The notes under the pieces: model-generated
Database searches by the model: none
What the model was told of the DNA's origin: nothing
The model's input: the letters and a program-made list of their open reading frames with translations, nothing else
Origin: Chloroflexi bacterium UBA6622
Lineage (GTDB): Bacteria; Chloroflexota; UBA11872
Direction: 5' to 3'
DNA: 64,000 nt
Assembly: GCA_002433065.1 (NCBI GenBank)
Contig: DJHK01000001.1
Location: forward strand, 41,665-105,664
Shown here: piece by piece, positions 30,158 through 40,196 of the stretch
Layout: each line of letters opens with the position of its first letter
Position numbering within the stretch: position 1 is the stretch's first letter
Made by a program: the position numbers and the translations under genes

Positions 30158-33100
30158 TCAGGGATCTAGACCAATCACACCTGACAACAGCGTGTAATGA
30201 ACCTGTCCTTTCTCGTTGGAAAAGAAAAGAAGGGGAATGATCTTCCAGACCTTTTGAGAATCAGAAGTTTCCGGTTTACCAGCCAGGGTCAGAGCCAGCA
30301 GATAGCGCCCATCGGGAAGAGGAGCTGTAGAGCTATTCGACACGACACCGTCAACAGCGAGTTGTTGTCCGTCGAATCGGATTGCGCCCATCTGCGTCTC
30401 TACCGAGAGAATTATTGGTCCCGGCCACCACGCAATTGATTGAATAGGATCGTCAACCGCAGGGCCAATTGCCGCATCATCAGCCTTGTATACACGCAGT
30501 TCAGTCCCAACGGTAAACGGCACGCCCCCAGGATTCCTATACCAGTAATTGATCACCGCCTCATGTCCATCCATCCCACCATCGAACCCTAAACCCGACG
30601 ACGAATCATGGTCTGATAATTCAGGGAACCTTTCCTTACGCGCCTGTACAAAAGGCGCGACCACACCGTCCTTTTCGATTAGACGAACATCAACACATTC
30701 GTCGCCTATAACCTCCACAACTTGCGGAGCACCTCGCAAGCGCACAAGCGAATCATCCAAACTCGGTGACGAGATAATAAGCGTGCTTCCTGGTTCACCT
30801 AGCACCCGCAGTTGGCGGGGTTGAGCACCAAGAACACAAGGCTCTTGGCCAAACAACCGGTGAACCGTTGGATTGGCCCGATTTACAACGGACCAACGCC
30901 GATCTGCCAGGTACGCCTTCAATCCGTATCCTGACCAAACAGCGTCATCGGCGAACAAGCCGATCGATGTTGGAACAGCCCATTCGGGAAGCACCACCAT
31001 CGAAGGAACAACTTCAGCATTCCATGGCTTAATTACCGGACGAACCGAACTACGCGCCAAGAATGTGGTTGATGGGCCATACACATCCACACTCCTATCC
31101 ATTGACAAGAGAAGAACAAGACGCTGCGGCTCAGATATCGCATTCGTAAGAAGAACTGATCCAGCGTCCGTGGCCAGGCTTCGGAATTTCGCATAACTAT
31201 TGGGAGAAACCGAAGGTTTTCCAGCCTTCGGCATAACCTCATAGATGTGATGTGGCTTTCCGACTGCGTCGATCGTTTGATAAAGAAGGCGGAAGTGATC
31301 ACCCCTGTTAAGGGCCTGAAGGCCTTCCGGATGCATTGCCTTGGTCACATCTGAAGTGAAATGCAGATGGGTCACACCGAGTGCTTCCAGAGACTCCCGT
31401 CCGAGGTATTGCAGCGCATCGAGATAAGTATGAGTGAGTACGTTGTCATACACAGCCACGTCCTTCGTACTCGTTGGCGAAACCCGCCCAGTAGCCGCCA
31501 CGAGAATTGGCGCATTACGGCTAAGGACGCGAGCATCTCGTGGAAGGTTATCCCTGATCCACTGGTAAACCCACCAATCATTCCTTAGTGAGCCTGCGAT
31601 ATCAGTCGCATTGAGATGCCTATGGATCGGATCACGAACCATGGGATAACCAAGATCAATTCCTTCCATAGCAAGCTGCGATGCTGATATGGCCCGAGGC
31701 ATTGAGCTAGGCACCACCACAAGACCCACCAGACCAGCCGCGAAGATTCGTACCCATAGTCGACTTCCCCGGGCAGCTAAGACTCCGATAGCTATCAGGG
31801 CAGTAATGGAAGCCAGAGTCTTAGTCGTACCCAAGAAACGAGCGTCGCTGCCTACCTCACCAACCGAGATCAGCTGGTAAAAGCAAAAAGATGCGACCGA
31901 CGTGAGCGCCAGAAAAGCAAGCGTCCACGAACGCGCCCAAATCGATCCCACCAGTCCTATCACCAATACGAGTGAAATCCCGGGCGTCAGTGAAAGAAAA
32001 CTTCCGGTTGGGATCACAAGCGTGTATAACTCCGACATTGCCCGAAATCGGAAGTCGACTACGCCAGCCGAGCCTCCACGATCAAACAACGTGTCACTAA
32101 CCGCACCTCCCGCGACCACTGCAAGCACGCCCCCGACGGTAAGAGCCATTAATAGTCTCCATCGGTCTGTCGCCCGCAGATGCCACATACGCAGCGGAAT
32201 ACTCATCAGCAGCGCTGCCCACAGGGCAACAAACACCGAGGTCTCCGCGAGCGGTGTGAGACCAGTTGCCGCTGCCAACAGTCCCCAACCAATGAATGAC
32301 CCCTCACCGCGCAAAAGTGCCGCGACAACTATGACCAGAACAATCGCAAGAGCGAACTGTGGGCCGTTGAGAAGCGTTGTGGCGACTCTTTCTGTTGGAT
32401 GCGAGTCTGCCGCACGAGTAAACGACTGAAGCAATCCGTGTACACCAACATCCAGATCAGGGGTCGATAGCGTTAGTGGCAACCCAACAACAAGAAGTCG
32501 ATCTGCAAGAACAGCAAATACAGCCACACCAACTGCGAGATACCGTGACACCCCCAGATCCCTAGCAATCGCCCCTACCGTGATAGTCATCACCGTCACC
32601 ACGAATGTGCTTGTGAGCGCAAAGGCTGTCCATGACTGCACACCGGCAACATTCATAAGGCTGGCCGCAAGCAAATCGGTACCGTAGTGATAGCCAATGC
32701 CAATTTCTGGAGTAAAAGCCGCTACAGGAGGAAATGAACCCGCAGCCAAGATACTTGCAAGAGGAAGCCTCCAACGCTCATCGACAAACAGGGTTTGCGT
32801 ACGATTAGCAAGTAGGAACAAGAAGGTCCCGGTAGCCATCAGAATGACCAAAACGGCGTTTCGCACCAGCGAGATTCTGGGAACCAACAAGAGGCCTGAT
32901 TGAAGCATCAGGACCAACGAAAAACCGGCCGTGATGGCCAGCGCAATCCATATTCCGCCTCCGCCGGGAATGATCCACGACACGAGATTCATAACCAACA
33001 AGTTCGTGATCACCCCGACCGCCGGGCCATATAAGGCCCAGACGCCAGCCGGCCGTCCAGGAAACGCCGCACGGGCAATAGGCATGCCGGCAATAGCAAT

Positions 33101-33166
33101 CCACAGAAGTAAGATGTGCGACTTGACCAAGGAAGGCCAAACTGGATCCGCAGGATCTAAGCTCAC
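30158..33166 (-). CDS. Large (1002 aa) polytopic membrane protein with a roughly 500-aa extracytoplasmic C-terminal domain; GT-C-like architecture; function unknown
   Basis: The N-terminal half (about 480 aa) has at least 12 hydrophobic helices and an acidic DE loop motif (LFVDERWRLP) after the early helices. The C-terminal half is soluble and beta-rich. Codon usage matches the neighbouring genes. I recognise no specific family. Confidence 0.6.
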   Translation of the reverse strand: MSLDPADPVWPSLVKSHILLLWIAIAGMPIARAAFPGRPAGVWALYGPAVGVITNLLVMNLVSWIIPGGGGIWIALAITAGFSLVLMLQSGLLLVPRISLVRNAVLVILMATGTFLFLLANRTQTLFVDERWRLPLASILAAGSFPPVAAFTPEIGIGYHYGTDLLAASLMNVAGVQSWTAFALTSTFVVTVMTITVGAIARDLGVSRYLAVGVAVFAVLADRLLVVGLPLTLSTPDLDVGVHGLLQSFTRAADSHPTERVATTLLNGPQFALAIVLVIVVAALLRGEGSFIGWGLLAAATGLTPLAETSVFVALWAALLMSIPLRMWHLRATDRWRLLMALTVGGVLAVVAGGAVSDTLFDRGGSAGVVDFRFRAMSELYTLVIPTGSFLSLTPGISLVLVIGLVGSIWARSWTLAFLALTSVASFCFYQLISVGEVGSDARFLGTTKTLASITALIAIGVLAARGSRLWVRIFAAGLVGLVVVPSSMPRAISASQLAMEGIDLGYPMVRDPIHRHLNATDIAGSLRNDWWVYQWIRDNLPRDARVLSRNAPILVAATGRVSPTSTKDVAVYDNVLTHTYLDALQYLGRESLEALGVTHLHFTSDVTKAMHPEGLQALNRGDHFRLLYQTIDAVGKPHHIYEVMPKAGKPSVSPNSYAKFRSLATDAGSVLLTNAISEPQRLVLLLSMDRSVDVYGPSTTFLARSSVRPVIKPWNAEVVPSMVVLPEWAVPTSIGLFADDAVWSGYGLKAYLADRRWSVVNRANPTVHRLFGQEPCVLGAQPRQLRVLGEPGSTLIISSPSLDDSLVRLRGAPQVVEVIGDECVDVRLIEKDGVVAPFVQARKERFPELSDHDSSSGLGFDGGMDGHEAVINYWYRNPGGVPFTVGTELRVYKADDAAIGPAVDDPIQSIAWWPGPIILSVETQMGAIRFDGQQLAVDGVVSNSSTAPLPDGRYLLALTLAGKPETSDSQKVWKIIPLLFFSNEKGQVHYTLLSGVIGLDP

Positions 33167-33204
33167 AGTGCAGCAGCGATTGTTTTAAGCAACCGGAAGT
33201 ATGT

Positions 33205-33612
33205 CTACCGGGGTTCGGCTACATCGTCAGACGACATGTGGCGCACGGTCTGTCCCGATGCCACAAATGTACGACTCACCTCGGCCTTCCCATATGTCCA
33301 CACAATTCGCATTGGAGCCGAGCCGTCGTTCCAAAACCTATGATGGGCGCCTTCTGGAATCCACACATGGTCGAATGGCTTCATCGTCAGTTGCTCGCCA
33401 TCAATCTCGCACGATGCGATGCCTTCGACACACGTAATACACTCCTCGGTGTCGTGGAAATGCAACGGTAGCCCAGCGCCAGGTTGCATAATCGTCATGC
33501 CTGTCGAGACATTTTGAGAACCCCGAGCACCACTCATGAGTGGAATGCTCTGAACCCCGCCACCACGATCAAAAACCTCTGCTTCGTTTTCACGAATAAC
33601 AATGCGACGCAT
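33205..33612 (-). CDS. Cupin-domain protein
   Basis: Cupin_2 metal site HFHDTEE...H (LPLHFHDTEECITCVEG ... GAHHRFWN). It lies 39 bp downstream of the 1002-aa membrane protein on the same strand. Confidence 0.7.
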   Translation of the reverse strand: MRRIVIRENEAEVFDRGGGVQSIPLMSGARGSQNVSTGMTIMQPGAGLPLHFHDTEECITCVEGIASCEIDGEQLTMKPFDHVWIPEGAHHRFWNDGSAPMRIVWTYGKAEVSRTFVASGQTVRHMSSDDVAEPR

Positions 33613-33731
33613 TACTTTTCCAACAGCTATCTCGTCTGGTTAGCATGCAGCCTATCGAAAGTCGAGCCCTCGGTACTATCGCTGAGTGAAATTCCATCAT
33701 CTGGCGATAGTTTAAGCCCCGCACAGTTTCG

Positions 33732-34697
33732 CTATCCCGAAGCATCCTGTTTATCAAGGTCCGCAATCCGAAGCATCGCCTCAGCCCACACATCATCGGG
33801 AACTTTCTTGTACGCCTCGAAGACATTGGTCTCAATCTCGCCAGGTGTCGCAGCCCCGGTTAGAACAGCGCCAATCTGATGGTTCTGGAGCACAAAGCGC
33901 ATATTCAAATGACGCAAATCGACGTCCCGATCACGGCACCATGTTGACCATTCTGCAGCCGCTTCTATATCCCCACTAGAAAACTGAGCCGCGTAGTCCA
34001 GAGGCCGACGACCAGCAGTCGCCAGTGGATCTCCTTTCGCAAGAAGACCAAGCATCTGAGGAGATCCGAGCAATACACCTACACCGGCGCTATGGGCCTG
34101 TGTAATTAGCGAGGCCGCATGCCGGCGCACCACGTTGTAGTCCGCAAAGGTCAAAATCATGTCAACCCGGTCCAACTCGATGGCCATCCGATGGAAATTA
34201 TGATCTCGAACACCCAGGCCGATAAAGTCCAGCATGCCCTCAGACCTCATCGTCTCCAGCGCATCAAATCCTTCGCCGGCACGAAGTACCGGCTCCATAG
34301 ATGGGGGATCGTGAATCAGCACAAGATCAATATGGTCTAGCCCCAACAACTTAAAACTTTGTTCCAACGACCAACGTAGATCGCTCGCCGTATAACTGTA
34401 AGGACGTTCCGGGTGGGTGCCGACCTTCGTGGAAATGGTCAGACCAGTCGTATCGACAGACTCAAGAGCTTTACCAATCCTACGCTCACTTGGTCCATAA
34501 AGCGGCGAGGTATCAATATGCCGAATCCCGAGTTCGATAGCCCGATGTACGGTGGCAATCGCTAGATCATCAAATCGATCACTTGCCATTTCCAGATCAT
34601 TAAGCGAAGGATCATCTCGACCACCAATAAACGCGGCTCCCAAGCCTAACTCCGTCACCGAGAATCCTGATCGACCAAGGCTGCGGACGGGAATCAT
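33732..34697 (-). CDS. Aldo/keto reductase family oxidoreductase
   Basis: AKR TIM-barrel signatures: HIDTSPLYGPSERRIG, the catalytic tetrad context, and C-terminal LGVLLGSPQMLGLLA. Confidence 0.85.
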   Translation of the reverse strand: MIPVRSLGRSGFSVTELGLGAAFIGGRDDPSLNDLEMASDRFDDLAIATVHRAIELGIRHIDTSPLYGPSERRIGKALESVDTTGLTISTKVGTHPERPYSYTASDLRWSLEQSFKLLGLDHIDLVLIHDPPSMEPVLRAGEGFDALETMRSEGMLDFIGLGVRDHNFHRMAIELDRVDMILTFADYNVVRRHAASLITQAHSAGVGVLLGSPQMLGLLAKGDPLATAGRRPLDYAAQFSSGDIEAAAEWSTWCRDRDVDLRHLNMRFVLQNHQIGAVLTGAATPGEIETNVFEAYKKVPDDVWAEAMLRIADLDKQDASG

Positions 34698-34832
34698 CGA
34701 GACAATCCGTTCTCGAGCAATCGAACACTCTGCAATTCTAGTCGCTGGAAATCACCTAGCCAGGCCGACCCGTAAGCACATCTGGCCAGTACATCATAGA
34801 ATCCGTAGTTCTCCATCTCCTATTGATGTTGC

Positions 34833-36002
34833 ATGTCTGATTTTCGAGCAGTTGTGATCGCCGATAGCACTGGTATTGGCGGATCCAGCCGTAACGGGCC
34901 TTCCCACGGACTTCACCAAACCTTTGACCAGCATCCCGACGTGGATTTGGTGGCCCTCTCAGATCCGTCGGAAGATAACCGAAGCCGATGGATCGCCGAG
35001 AGCGGCGCGACTACCGGCTACAGCGACTACGAAAAAATGCTGGCTACCGAAAATCCAGATATAGCAGTCATTGCGATTCACAACTACAACCAGGCTCGCC
35101 TCGAGACCTTCTTAGCCACCGTCCAAAGCGGCGTCAGGGGTATCGTGATCGAAAAGCCAGTAGCCGCACAGCCTGCCCATGCCGATCAAATGATGGCCGC
35201 AGCAGACGCCGCGGGAACACAGGTCGTTGTAGCCCACAGAGGACGTGAAAACCCTTCAATTCGAGAGGTTAAACGTCGGGCAGATAGCGGCGAATGGGGA
35301 CCGCTGATCCAGATCAAGGCCCATGGGAAAGGCGACCATCGATGTGGTGTCGTCGATGCACTCGTACTGGGCACACATGAATTGAACACGATGCAGTTTT
35401 TTGCGGATGCCAATCCGATTTCTTGCTGGGGAACCGTCCTGATCAACGGAAGCCCTGCCAAGCGAAGTGATGCCGCGGAAGATCAAGTCTACGGAGCAGG
35501 GTTGATGGCTGGCGATCGGGTGTTCGCCGAATACACATTTCCAAACGGGATCATTGGTTCGTATGAATCAATGCCGGTCGGAACAGGCGATCATTCGGGC
35601 GAATGGCTGGGATGTGACCTGTATTTCCAGAATGCAGTCGTCACTACGCGTGCAAAACCAAATGCACAAATTCACGTCTTTCCCGAAGGGAGCGTCTTTG
35701 CTCAACCAGAAGTCGGAAGCTGGGAACCGCTGCTGCCCGAGGACTGGACACCACCCTCAAGCGATCCGGCCGCAACATACTGGGCCGAATGGAAAGGATC
35801 AGAATCCACCGCTGCAAGCAACCGGTCAATTGGAGCCGAATTAGTTCGCTGCCTCAGCGAAAATGTAACGCCAATTTTTGCCAGCAGCCTCACTGATGCA
35901 GCCTCCACTGTTGACCTCATTGTTGGCCCGCAACGAAGTCATCTCGAAGGAAAACGACTGGACCTGCCGTTGCATACACGAGGGAATCCATGGGAGGCCT
36001 AG
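34833..36002 (+). CDS. Gfo/Idh/MocA-family NAD(P)-dependent oxidoreductase
   Basis: N-terminal Rossmann domain with the conserved IEKP motif (GIVIEKPVAA) and a C-terminal alpha/beta domain. Confidence 0.8.
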   Translation: MSDFRAVVIADSTGIGGSSRNGPSHGLHQTFDQHPDVDLVALSDPSEDNRSRWIAESGATTGYSDYEKMLATENPDIAVIAIHNYNQARLETFLATVQSGVRGIVIEKPVAAQPAHADQMMAAADAAGTQVVVAHRGRENPSIREVKRRADSGEWGPLIQIKAHGKGDHRCGVVDALVLGTHELNTMQFFADANPISCWGTVLINGSPAKRSDAAEDQVYGAGLMAGDRVFAEYTFPNGIIGSYESMPVGTGDHSGEWLGCDLYFQNAVVTTRAKPNAQIHVFPEGSVFAQPEVGSWEPLLPEDWTPPSSDPAATYWAEWKGSESTAASNRSIGAELVRCLSENVTPIFASSLTDAASTVDLIVGPQRSHLEGKRLDLPLHTRGNPWEA

Positions 36003-36130
36003 CGTAAAGTAAAGAAGCTCGTGAGATCTCGAGGAGAAACTCGTGAGTACTCCAAGGCGGCGCACCAAGGAAAGGTTTAGCCTTTCCACGTGATACCGTC
36101 TTAGCTCCCTGCCGCAGAGTTCAACGTCAC

Positions 36131-37006
36131 GTGCCTATCACTGCCGTCGTTCTAGTCATAGCCTCAGCATTTCTACACGCGACCTGGAACCTTCTGGCCA
36201 AAGACAGCCGGGGCGGTCCCCTGTTTTTTTGGCAAGCTCTCGTGGCTTCCGGTTTTGTATTCCTCGTTCCGTTTCTGGTCCTGCTGAGTCAGAACCCCAT
36301 TCCGGCGAACGGATGGGTTTGGATTGCAGCGACTGGCGTGTTGCACACAGCCTATTTTTCAACGCTGGCAATCGCGTACGTGCGTGCCGACCTTTCACTT
36401 GCTTATCCCATTGCCCGGGGGCTTGGACCAACCCTCGTGCTCATCGTGAGCATCGGTTTCCTCGCGGAATCACTCACCCCGATGGGTATTGCCGGTGTAG
36501 TTGCGGTGGTCATGGGTATCTATACCATCACCGTCCGTCGGATGACACTCGCCGCCTGGCGTGCCCCACTAACCACACTAATCCGACCGGAAGGTCGTTA
36601 TGCAACCGCCACTGGCGTCTTCATTGCAGCCTACACGCTGGTAGACAAACAGGGCGTACAAGTCGTCCACCCATTGGTCTACATCTACTTAATGTTTGTG
36701 CTATCCGCGGTTGGGGCCACAGCGATATTGCTTACGCACCAGCGAAACTGGAAAGCCACTAGAGAATTGAGAACCTGGAGAAAAGCCACAGCTGTCGCTG
36801 TTCTCTGGGTCAGCGCATATAGTCTCGTGCTGTTTGCTCTGAGATTGGCCCCAGCCGCATATGTATCGGCAGCACGTGAATTAAGCATCGTGATCGGAAC
36901 CGGGCTCGGAGTTTTCGTGCTGAGAGAACAGGGCGGACCAACTCGGCTAATCGGAGCAACCAGCATTGCCCTAGGCGTCGCGCTTATCGCGATTTCGAGC
37001 TACTAA
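36131..37006 (+). CDS. EamA/DMT-family transporter
   Basis: 291 aa with 10 TM segments and a duplicated EamA-domain architecture. Confidence 0.75.
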   Translation: MPITAVVLVIASAFLHATWNLLAKDSRGGPLFFWQALVASGFVFLVPFLVLLSQNPIPANGWVWIAATGVLHTAYFSTLAIAYVRADLSLAYPIARGLGPTLVLIVSIGFLAESLTPMGIAGVVAVVMGIYTITVRRMTLAAWRAPLTTLIRPEGRYATATGVFIAAYTLVDKQGVQVVHPLVYIYLMFVLSAVGATAILLTHQRNWKATRELRTWRKATAVAVLWVSAYSLVLFALRLAPAAYVSAARELSIVIGTGLGVFVLREQGGPTRLIGATSIALGVALIAISSY

Positions 37007-37105
37007 CCCAGACTCACAGAAAAACACTTTGATGATTTCTAGAGTACCGAGACCCCAAGACACCTAATGATCGGTGACCAAACCAAGCTCATGCCCCCGA
37101 CCTCG

Positions 37106-37819
37106 TTATGCGAGCCGTTGATCATTTGCAACGATCTCAAAGGAACACCCCAGTGATCCTGCCGCGCTCCTAGCCATCACCATACGTGAAAGAAATATTT
37201 CGAAATATTCCATGACACTCGAGCTGGAAGTATCGATCGTGAGTTGCAAGCTGATCGTCCGAGTTTCGGCATCCACATTAACAAACGATTTTTCCACCGC
37301 GTGATTCACTCGATCATGAATATCAAAGTCGGCCTCGCTGGGATTTTGAACACGACTGCGATGCACATCAGATTTGTCCGCAATGATCAGCGCAGCAGCT
37401 ACCGGGGTGGAACTGTCTCCCGATGACTCTTCATGATTCCCAATCGCATTTGCCACAGTCAGCGCATCATCGTCTGCCATGCCAAGGAAACGTAAATGAG
37501 ACAAGGCCATACTCGCGCCAATCACCCAATGATGATCCCGAGACACTATATTCCCGATGTCATGCATATAGGCAGCGATCGCGGCCAGTTCGGCGTCTCT
37601 GTCTGAATGCCCAAGTCGAAGCAAAATATTCCTGCTAATGCTCGAAACCAATGCCGCGTGCCGATGCCCATGCTCTGTATACCCGATGGCCTTCAGATGC
37701 TCGTTGGCCCGGGTTATCACCGTGGAGACGTACTTGTCAGCCTTGATATCAGCCAGCGTAATTACATGCGCTCCGGCGTTCACACAGGCCGTACCTGTCC
37801 ATCCCCCTGGACAATCCAC
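37106..37819 (-). CDS. HD-domain metal-dependent phosphohydrolase
   Basis: HD motif H..H ... HD (EHGHRHAALVS ... AAYMHDIGN). The track start overlaps the proA 3' end by 40 bp, so the true start may be downstream. Confidence 0.65.
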   Translation of the reverse strand: MDCPGGWTGTACVNAGAHVITLADIKADKYVSTVITRANEHLKAIGYTEHGHRHAALVSSISRNILLRLGHSDRDAELAAIAAYMHDIGNIVSRDHHWVIGASMALSHLRFLGMADDDALTVANAIGNHEESSGDSSTPVAAALIIADKSDVHRSRVQNPSEADFDIHDRVNHAVEKSFVNVDAETRTISLQLTIDTSSSSVMEYFEIFLSRMVMARSAAGSLGCSFEIVANDQRLA

Positions 37820-39066
37820 TTGTAGGTGGTCATCTCCCGCAAACCCATAGGGCCACGCGCATGAAGTTTTTGCGTGCTGATCCCAACTTCAGCCCCGAGG
37901 CCAAACTCTCCCCCATCGGTAAATTGAGTCGAAGCGTTTACATACACCGCGGCCGCATCCACTTCGTTTACAAATCGACGTGCATGGCGATGGGAGCTCG
38001 TCACGATCGCCTCGGAGTGACCACTTCCATGTTCCTGAATATGTGCAAGCGCGTGCTCAAAGTCATCAACCACGACCACCGACATCCGTAACGCCAACCA
38101 TTCAGTATCCAGATCGTCGTCACCAAGCACCACAGACGGTATCTCAGGACCAAGCACCGAGGAAACCCGCCCATCCGCATGTAACTCCACACCAGCCTCC
38201 ACTAACGTCCGGCCAACAGACGGTAGAAAAACTTCAGCAACGTCACGGTGAACCAGCAGCGTATCGAGCGCATTACATATCGATGGGCGTCTGGTTTTGG
38301 CGTTTAGGACAATGCGTTCTGCCATAGCCAAATCCGCTCCCGCATCCACAAAGGTGTGACAGACACCCCATCCAGTCTCTATGACAGGAACAGTCGCCGT
38401 GGACGAAACAAAGTCGATCAATCCAGATCCACCACGAGGCACTACAACATCGACATGCGTACGATCACGAAGCAATTCTTCCAACAAACTTCGGTCTGGG
38501 TCATCGATGAGCTGAACGGACGCAGAAGGAGCACCAGCCGCCTCAATAGCCGCACGGATCACGTTAGCCAAAGCAATGTTGCTCTGCAACGCCTCTCGGC
38601 CTCCACGAAGAATCACCGCATTTCCAGCCTTGAGACATAACGCCGAAATATCGACCGTGACATTTGGCCGCGCTTCAAATATGACCGCAACAACACCGAG
38701 CGGGACACGACGCCGACCAATCTCTAATCCATTCGGCAATCGTCGAGCATCGTCGACGGCTCCAACGGGATCAGGGAGCGCTTCCACCATATCGACAGCA
38801 GCAGCAATACCATCCAACCGCTCTCGATTCAACGTCAACCTGTCGATAACCGCCAGGTCCAGGTCTTGAGCTTTAGCTGCCTCAACATCCAGGACGTTGG
38901 CCTTCAGAATCGTTTCGGTTTGAGTTCGCAAAGCCGCAGCTATAGCTGCTAAAACTTCGTTCTTCTTCGTGGTGGAAAGCTGTCCCAGACCTCGAGAGGC
39001 ATCACGAGCTGCTGACCCGATCGCGCCTAAGTCCAAAGACCTATCGCTAGAGTTCACCACGCTCAT
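37780..39066 (-). CDS. proA: Gamma-glutamyl phosphate reductase
   Basis: ALDH-superfamily ProA with catalytic Cys context (ICNALDTLLVH) and about 420 aa. It lies immediately downstream of proB. Confidence 0.9.
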   Translation of the reverse strand: MSVVNSSDRSLDLGAIGSAARDASRGLGQLSTTKKNEVLAAIAAALRTQTETILKANVLDVEAAKAQDLDLAVIDRLTLNRERLDGIAAAVDMVEALPDPVGAVDDARRLPNGLEIGRRRVPLGVVAVIFEARPNVTVDISALCLKAGNAVILRGGREALQSNIALANVIRAAIEAAGAPSASVQLIDDPDRSLLEELLRDRTHVDVVVPRGGSGLIDFVSSTATVPVIETGWGVCHTFVDAGADLAMAERIVLNAKTRRPSICNALDTLLVHRDVAEVFLPSVGRTLVEAGVELHADGRVSSVLGPEIPSVVLGDDDLDTEWLALRMSVVVVDDFEHALAHIQEHGSGHSEAIVTSSHRHARRFVNEVDAAAVYVNASTQFTDGGEFGLGAEVGISTQKLHARGPMGLREMTTYKWIVQGDGQVRPV

Positions 39067-39071
39067 CTTTC

Positions 39072-40196
39072 CTAACCATTTTTTTCATCCAAACGATCCA
39101 TCACAACAAGATTATTCCGATGAACAACCTCATCGCCATAGGAAAACCCCAGCGTTGAAAAGATTTCCGAAGAAGGCCGGCCTGCGATGTTCGCCAGGTT
39201 TTTCGAATCGTAGTTTACGAGGCCACGTGCAAACACCTCTTGGTGCGGATTCACAAGACCGACGAGATCACCGCGTTCGAAAACCCCTTGGATTTTGGTG
39301 ATTCCAGCCGGAAGCAGACTGCTACCATCGTGCACCACAGCATGTTGAGCGCCAGAATCAACGACAATCTCCCCGCGTTGCCCCAAACTCGAACTAAGCC
39401 ATCGAGCCCGGCTTGAACGAATTGGCCCTAGTGCCGAAATACTCGTTCCCAAAGACTCGCCGCGCGCGAGTCGAATAATCACATCTGATTCATTCCCGTC
39501 AGCAATAACCACGTCTATGCCGTCAGCCATTGCCTCAAACGCCGCCTGAAGTTTTGATCGCATACCTCCCGATCCGCCTTCTGAAGCCTCGCCGGCCATC
39601 CGTTCGAGATCTTCTCTGGGAACCTTTCCAGCGTCCCTTATCAGTTCGGCATGTGGATCTGTTGTTGGATCACCCGTATATAAACCTCCAACGGAACTTA
39701 GGATGCACAACCGATCAGCACCAATAAGCTTTGCGATCAACACTGAGAGAGCATCGTTATCGCCAAATCGAAGTTCCTCAGTGGCCACAACATCATTTTC
39801 GTTTGCCACCGGAAGAATATCGGCATCCAGCAGACCATTTAATGCATTGCGCGCATTCAGGTAACCGGAACGGTGCGCCAAATCAGCCCGCGACAACAAA
39901 GCCTGCGCAACCACGATCCCTTTGTTGCCAAACTTCTCAGCATATTGGGTCATCAAGGGAGCCTGACCAACCGCCGCTAAAACCTGCCGAGTGACAAGAG
40001 CATCACCCGACATAGGCGCAATCGTTCGACCAGCAGCCACAGCCCCAGATGTCACCAGCGCCACCTGGGTTCCCATTTCACGAACTTCAGAAATTTGTTG
40101 GGCAATATCCGAAATAAATACGTCGTTGAGACCGGTTGGGGTTGTCACCAACCGGGTTCCACATTTAATTACTATCCGTCGAGAAGAATCAGGCAT
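39072..40196 (-). CDS. proB: Glutamate 5-kinase (with PUA domain)
   Basis: Amino-acid kinase N-domain (RIVIKCGTRLVT, VTSGAVAAG) and a C-terminal PUA domain. There is a 6-bp gap to proA. Confidence 0.9.
   Translation of the reverse strand: MPDSSRRIVIKCGTRLVTTPTGLNDVFISDIAQQISEVREMGTQVALVTSGAVAAGRTIAPMSGDALVTRQVLAAVGQAPLMTQYAEKFGNKGIVVAQALLSRADLAHRSGYLNARNALNGLLDADILPVANENDVVATEELRFGDNDALSVLIAKLIGADRLCILSSVGGLYTGDPTTDPHAELIRDAGKVPREDLERMAGEASEGGSGGMRSKLQAAFEAMADGIDVVIADGNESDVIIRLARGESLGTSISALGPIRSSRARWLSSSLGQRGEIVVDSGAQHAVVHDGSSLLPAGITKIQGVFERGDLVGLVNPHQEVFARGLVNYDSKNLANIAGRPSSEIFSTLGFSYGDEVVHRNNLVVMDRLDEKNG

Noticed and set aside
31902-32429. 175-aa plus-strand ORF (and several others) inside the 1002-aa membrane protein gene
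   Set aside because: These are antisense to a long uninterrupted ORF with coherent TM-helix periodicity. Their products are Pro/Ser/Arg-rich low-complexity sequences.
36229-36762. 177-aa plus-strand ORF in an alternative frame within the EamA transporter gene
   Set aside because: It is same-strand but out of frame relative to a 10-TM transporter ORF with good helix periodicity. The product is Arg/His/Cys-rich and low-complexity, so it is a frame artefact.
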